This document shows positions 58,563 through 64,000 of a stretch of 64,000 bases of DNA, one piece after another. Position 1 is the first letter of the stretch, and each line of letters starts with the position of its first letter. A program made the position numbers and the translations under genes. The notes beneath the pieces are model-generated. The model made no database searches, was not told the origin of the DNA, and worked only from the letters and a program-made list of their open reading frames with translations. This DNA is from a virus: IMG/VR virus record IMGVR_UViG_3300021185_003145, positions 27,667 through 91,666 of that record, one strand, 5' to 3'.

Positions 58563-61500
58563 ATGAGCACTAGTGAACGTCAAAATAGTTTATTTGTTTC
58601 AGAAGACTGGACAAAGATTTATCAAACATTCAAAGACGCAGATTTTCAAAGTTATGACTTTGAAACACTTCGTACCACTATGGTACAGTATCTTCGCAAT
58701 AACTATCCTGAAGACTTTAATGACTACATTGAGAGTAGTGAATTTATTGCACTTATGGATCTTATTGCATACTTTGGACAAAGTCTTGCTTTTAGACAAG
58801 ATCTTAATGCAAGAGAAAACTTCTTAGAAACTGCACAACGTCGTGATAGTGTATTACGTTTAGCAAAGTTATTAAGTTATCATCCGAAACGTAATCAACC
58901 TGCACGTGGTATGTTAAAAATTACAAGTATACAAACTAGTGAAAGCGTGTTTGATAGTACAGGTAGAAATTTAGCAGATAGTTTTATTGTTTGGAACGAT
59001 AGTACAAACCCAGACTATTTAGAACACTATGCAGTAATATTAAATGCCGCTATGACAAGCTCGCAGAGTTTTGGTAATCCTGGCTTAAAAGGAACACTAA
59101 GCGGAATTACTACTGAAATATATGAAATTAATTTAATACCAGATACAATTCCTGTTGTACCGTTTGTTGCAGATGTTGCCGGACAGAGTATGACGTTTGA
59201 AGTTGTTAATGGTACATTTCAGGGCAAGGATTATGTTTATGAAGCAGCACCTAGACCCGGTGATACATTTAATACATTTTACAGACAAGATGGTAAAGGA
59301 GCAGGATCAAGTAATACTGGATTTTTCTTTTACTTCTAGCAAGGAACACTTGAAACTTCAGAGTTTCAGTTGAATACTGCTTTGTCAAATCGTGTTGTTA
59401 GTATTGATGTTAACGGAATTAACAATGATGATGTATGGTTGTTTAACCTTGATGCAAACGCAGATGCTGGCACAGAATGGACTAAGGTTCCTGCTATAAC
59501 TGGTAACAATGTTATCTATAATAGTTTAAGTGAAAGTGTACGTTCTTTGTTTGCAGTTAACAGTAGAACAGATGATCAAGTTGATTTAGTATTTGGAGAT
59601 GGAGTATTTTCAGATATTCCAAATGGTAGTTTCCGTACATTCTATCGTACAAGTAACGGAAGATCATATCGTATTAAGCCAAATGATATTAACGGATTAA
59701 AACTTAATATAAGTTACGTTAGTAAGACTGGATCAATTGAAGAACTAAGTGTAGGACTAAGTTTACAATATACAATTGATAATGCAAGTGCAAGAGATAC
59801 AATCGCAGATATTAAATCAAAAGCACCACAACAGTATTACACACAAAACAGAATGATTAATGGTGAAGACTATAATATTTTTCCATTAACTAATTTTAAT
59901 AACGTTATTAAAAGTAAAGCAATTAACAGAACAAGTAGTGGTATTAGTAGATACTTAGATGTTAAAGATGTAACTGGAAAGTATTCTAGTACAAACATAT
60001 ATGCTAACGATGGTGCGTTATACAGAAACGAATTTTTAAACAATGTAACATTTACATGGGTTACAGATAACGATATTTTTAACATACTTAAAAATACTGT
60101 TGAGCCCTTACTTCGTAGTAATGAAATGGAACATTTTTACTTTGCAAACTACGAACGTAAAGCATTAACAGGAAGTAATGTTAACTGGAACCGTATAAGT
60201 TTTGGTAGCAACTATAGTACTGGATACTTTACTAACGATGCAGGAGAAGTACTAGAAATAGGAACTTCATCAGGTAACAATAGAAGTTTTGTTAAAGTAG
60301 GTGGCATGTTAAAGTTTGCGGCGCCGACAGGTAAGCACTTTATGGAAAACGGAACATTAATGTCCGGTGAACCAAATCACTATGGAAGTATGAAAAATGT
60401 GTATAGCGGTATTGTTAGTATTAATAACAATGGCATAGGTGCCGCTGATGGACTAGTAACTGCACAAACTGGTGCAATTAGATTAAATGAAAACATTCCA
60501 TCAACTGCAATAGCACAAACTATATTACCTGGCTTTAAGTCAGACTTACCGGGTGCATTTGAAAGTACACTTTTTACAAACATTAAACAGTATAAAAACT
60601 TTGCAATAGGTTTTGATTATTTAGATAACGTTTGGTATGTTATTGAAAATAGAGACATAAGCACAGGCAATACTTTTAGTAGAGACTTTTCAGAAGACAC
60701 ATCAACTACAAACAAAGATGCTAGTTGGTTAATTAAGTTTACAACAGACGGAAGCACTTACACAGTTACATATAGAGGACTTGAATACTTCTTTACTAGT
60801 GAGCAGGAAACACGTTTCTATCACGACAAGACAAGCAAAGTTTATGATCCAGTAACAGGACTTACAAAGAAAGATACAATTAGTGTATTAGGTGTAAATG
60901 CAGATCCAGTAACTGCGTCTCCTCTTATAAGAGATCTTGAATGGAACGTTTACAATGTTGTAACTGAGTCTGATGGTTACAATGACAACACAAAGATTTT
61001 AATAACGTTTGCTGATCAGGATGATGACGGCATTATTGACAATCCAGATATTTTTGACATGGTAGTTGGCACTGATGATCCAACTGGACCAGTTGCTGAT
61101 AGAAAGTTTGTATTTTTAAAGAGACAAGCAGACTATGATAACTTTGACAAGTATGTAGCAATGCCAGCCGGTACAGTAAATCATACATATGAAACAAAAG
61201 GTGCCATTGATGCACAAATTAGTAACTTGTTACCAAATCAAGTAATGTATGCAGTAACTGAAGATAAATTTTATGTAATAAGCAATTCAACTGGAACAAA
61301 ATTAGCAGTTGAAAGTCTTGATTACCGAGTGCGTGTAGGACGTGATGCAATTAAGTTTCATTACTCACACCATGCACCAAACGATAGACGTATTGACCCA
61401 AGTCCGGGTAACATCATTGACATATACTTACTGACACAAAACTACAGTGATGCATATGTTGAGTATGTACAAGACACAACTGCAACTATTAGTTTGCCAG

Positions 61501-62042
61501 CAGAGCCAACAGTAAATAGTTTAAGAAGTCAGTTCAACTCATTAGAAGGTTACAAAAGTTTAAGTGATGCACTTGTAATGCATAGTGCAAAGTTTAAGCC
61601 ACTGTTTGGTTTAAAAGCAGATGCTAATCTCCGTGCAAGTTTTAAAGTAGTTAAAAATCCAGGTTACAGTATTAGTGACAGTGAAATTAAATCAAAACTA
61701 GTTATGGCACTTAATGAATACTTTGCAGTTGAAAACTGGGACTTTGGTGAAACATTTTTCTTTAGTGAGCTAAGTGCTTACTTACATACTACTCTTACAC
61801 CTTACTTAAATAGTGTTGTGATTGTTCCAACAAGTGGAACACAAGCATTTGGTAGTTTATATCAAATCAGTTGCGAACATGATGAAATATTTGTTAACGC
61901 CGCAACAGTTAACGACGTTGCAGTGATAGATGCTATTACGGCTTCTAACATTAAAGCAACAGGTGAAGTATATACAGGTTCAGCAACAACAAGCGGAACA
62001 TCATCTATTACGACAACATCCAGTGGAGGTAGTGGTTACTAA
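58563..62042 (+). CDS. gp6: baseplate wedge protein (gp6-like), interrupted by one in-frame TAG at 59337-59339
   Basis: DFETLR, FNDYIESSE, ENFLETAQRRDSVLRLA in part 1; FGDG, AP..YYTQNRM.NGEDY in part 2; both ORFs are in the same frame. Confidence 0.85.
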
Positions 62043-64000
62043 TGGCCAAACGTAAATCCAGTTCGTTTTTACCTAAGTTTTTACAAACAGTTAAGAACGA
62101 AAAATTTCTACATGCTACACTAGACCAGTTACTTAATAGTAAGAACTTAGAGCGTATTGACGGCTTTGTTGGTAAACGTCGTGGACCTAGTTATAGTATT
62201 GACGATCCATATATTAGTACAGTAGGTGTTAACAGACAAAACTTTCAACTAGAGCCTAGTACAGTTTATAAAAAGAATAACGAGATTGAATTTGTTGTAA
62301 CGTATGATGATTTAATTACTAACATTTCTGCTAATGGCGGTAATGCAACAAGACACGATAGATTATTTGAACAAGAATATTACAACTGGGGTGGATTCAG
62401 TGACTACGATAAGTTAATTAACTTTGGAGAGTACTACTGGTTACCAGACGGTCCAGGAACTGTTGCCGTTAGTGCAAATGACGTTCCTATTAACACAGAC
62501 TTCACAGTTACACATACAGGCTTATCAGATTACACACTAAGTCCTACATACGGCACTACTAAAAATCCAACTATATATTTGGTACGTGGTGGTAGTTATA
62601 CATTTACTGTTGACCAAACAAGTCAGTTTTGGATTCAGACAGAGCCGGGCAACACAGGCAAAAGTTTAATAAGTTTTAATCGTAGTACACGTGATATTTT
62701 TGGTGTAACTAACAACGGACAAAGTAATGGAACTGTAACATTCAATGTTCCTAAATCAAGAGATCAACAATTTTTTACACAAACATTAGTTAATATTGCA
62801 TCAATTGATTTAGCAAGTGATTTAACACATAAACAAATTAACGGCAAAACAGTTACACAAATACAGGAACTTGGCGGTGTTGACGGACAGTTATATCTTG
62901 AAAACAAAACAATAATTTTTACACAGTCAACTGAAGATGATGCTAATTGGGATGCCACAACTGTATTGCCTAAAGCAAACAGATTTAGTATTTTCCAAAT
63001 ACAAGTTGGCGGTAGTGGCAAGATTACATTACTACCTATACAAGCAATTGATGTAGATAAAAAAGTACAAATAAATGAAGGCTCGCTTCATAGCACAAAA
63101 GAATATTATAGAAATCCAAGTGTAGACAGTTTACAAGTAGTACCGGCAATTACTGCACCGATGAGCACACTATACTATCAAGATAGTACCGATGCTACAA
63201 GATACGGTATTATTAAATTAATTGATCCTGACTTCAGAACACTAGATATTGACAATGAAGTTGTTGGTAAAACTGCATACACAAGTCCAAATGGTGTACA
63301 GTTTACAAACGGACTACATATTAGTTTTGATACAACTGTATTACCAACTACAAAACAAAGTAAAACATTTATTGTTGATGGAGTTGGCGAAGGTATCTTT
63401 TTAATTGATAAAAGTAATCACGAAAGTTACGAACTAGCAACTACTAACACAAAGGACTATGTTACTATCAAGCGTGGTAGTGTAGACAGAAATGCGTGGA
63501 GTAGAAGTAACCATTGGTACCACAAAGAAGTTGTTAATACTATTGCAACATATAATAAAACTATTCCAACACTAGATCAAACTAGTAGAGCAAATAGACC
63601 TATCATTGAGTTTAATAGAAACTTAAATATTTTCAATCACGGTCGACAAGGCTTAGAGCCAATTGATTTAATTGACAATTTTACTACTGATGCATTAAGT
63701 CTTATACAGAATACAAACAGTTTTAGAATCGACGGTGTGTTATTAACTGAAGGCATGCGAGTTGTTTTTTCCGCAGACACAAACCCACAAGTAAGAAATA
63801 AAGTTTACACAGTTAATATTGTTAACTTTCAAAACACAGGCGATACTGAAATTAGATTAGTCGAAAGTACTACAGATATAGTTGCAGTTGATACAGGATT
63901 TTCAGTTAAGCAAGGCGCACAACAAAAAGGAAAAAGTTACAAGTGGACTGGAACTGCATGGAGTTTATGTCAGTTAAAAACACTTGTGAACCAAGCACCA
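62042..64000 (+). CDS. large baseplate/virion protein, 3'-truncated by window (MAKRKSSSFLPKFLQT...)
   Basis: ATG overlaps gp6 stop; FLHATLDQL, QLEP, DKLINF.EYYW.P.GP motifs; frame appears open to the window end. Confidence 0.75.
   Translation, partial: MAKRKSSSFLPKFLQTVKNEKFLHATLDQLLNSKNLERIDGFVGKRRGPSYSIDDPYISTVGVNRQNFQLEPSTVYKKNNEIEFVVTYDDLITNISANGGNATRHDRLFEQEYYNWGGFSDYDKLINFGEYYWLPDGPGTVAVSANDVPINTDFTVTHTGLSDYTLSPTYGTTKNPTIYLVRGGSYTFTVDQTSQFWIQTEPGNTGKSLISFNRSTRDIFGVTNNGQSNGTVTFNVPKSRDQQFFTQTLVNIASIDLASDLTHKQINGKTVTQIQELGGVDGQLYLENKTIIFTQSTEDDANWDATTVLPKANRFSIFQIQVGGSGKITLLPIQAIDVDKKVQINEGSLHSTKEYYRNPSVDSLQVVPAITAPMSTLYYQDSTDATRYGIIKLIDPDFRTLDIDNEVVGKTAYTSPNGVQFTNGLHISFDTTVLPTTKQSKTFIVDGVGEGIFLIDKSNHESYELATTNTKDYVTIKRGSVDRNAWSRSNHWYHKEVVNTIATYNKTIPTLDQTSRANRPIIEFNRNLNIFNHGRQGLEPIDLIDNFTTDALSLIQNTNSFRIDGVLLTEGMRVVFSADTNPQVRNKVYTVNIVNFQNTGDTEIRLVESTTDIVAVDTGFSVKQGAQQKGKSYKWTGTAWSLCQLKTLVNQAP

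Noticed and set aside
1-64000. Genome-wide TAG stop-codon reassignment
   Set aside because: Only one internal TAG found; several conserved genes end at TAG at plausible lengths and coding density is high in the standard code

Overview
AT-rich 64 kb segment of a large T4-superfamily-like (myovirus, probably jumbo) phage genome, most likely environmental. It carries recombination/replication genes (UvsX, gp32, gp46/47, dNMP kinase, gp55 late sigma), packaging and head genes (terminase, portal, protease, scaffold, major capsid), neck, sheath and tube genes, a long tail-fibre/Ig-domain cluster, tape measure and baseplate genes (gp53-, gp5-, PAAR, gp25, gp6-like). Late genes are preceded by a TAAATA (often TATAAATA) motif. 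Unexpected items: (1) a ~390 nt highly structured non-coding element directly downstream of a GIY-YIG nuclease gene, ending an accessory cassette (Hc1-like protein, adenylate-forming enzyme, small protein, GIY-YIG); (2) a canonical -1 slippery site fusing the gp26-like chaperone to the next ORF; (3) a single in-frame amber codon inside gp6; (4) an unannotated 12-aa basic peptide with its own promoter and RBS; (5) a recurring ...LAG[LV] peptide tag shared by the scaffold and unknown proteins; (6) a TTGCTC-N17-TAYAAT promoter class overlapping late promoters. No tRNA, CRISPR array or reverse transcriptase was seen. All product calls are from motif recognition and synteny; no database search was run.
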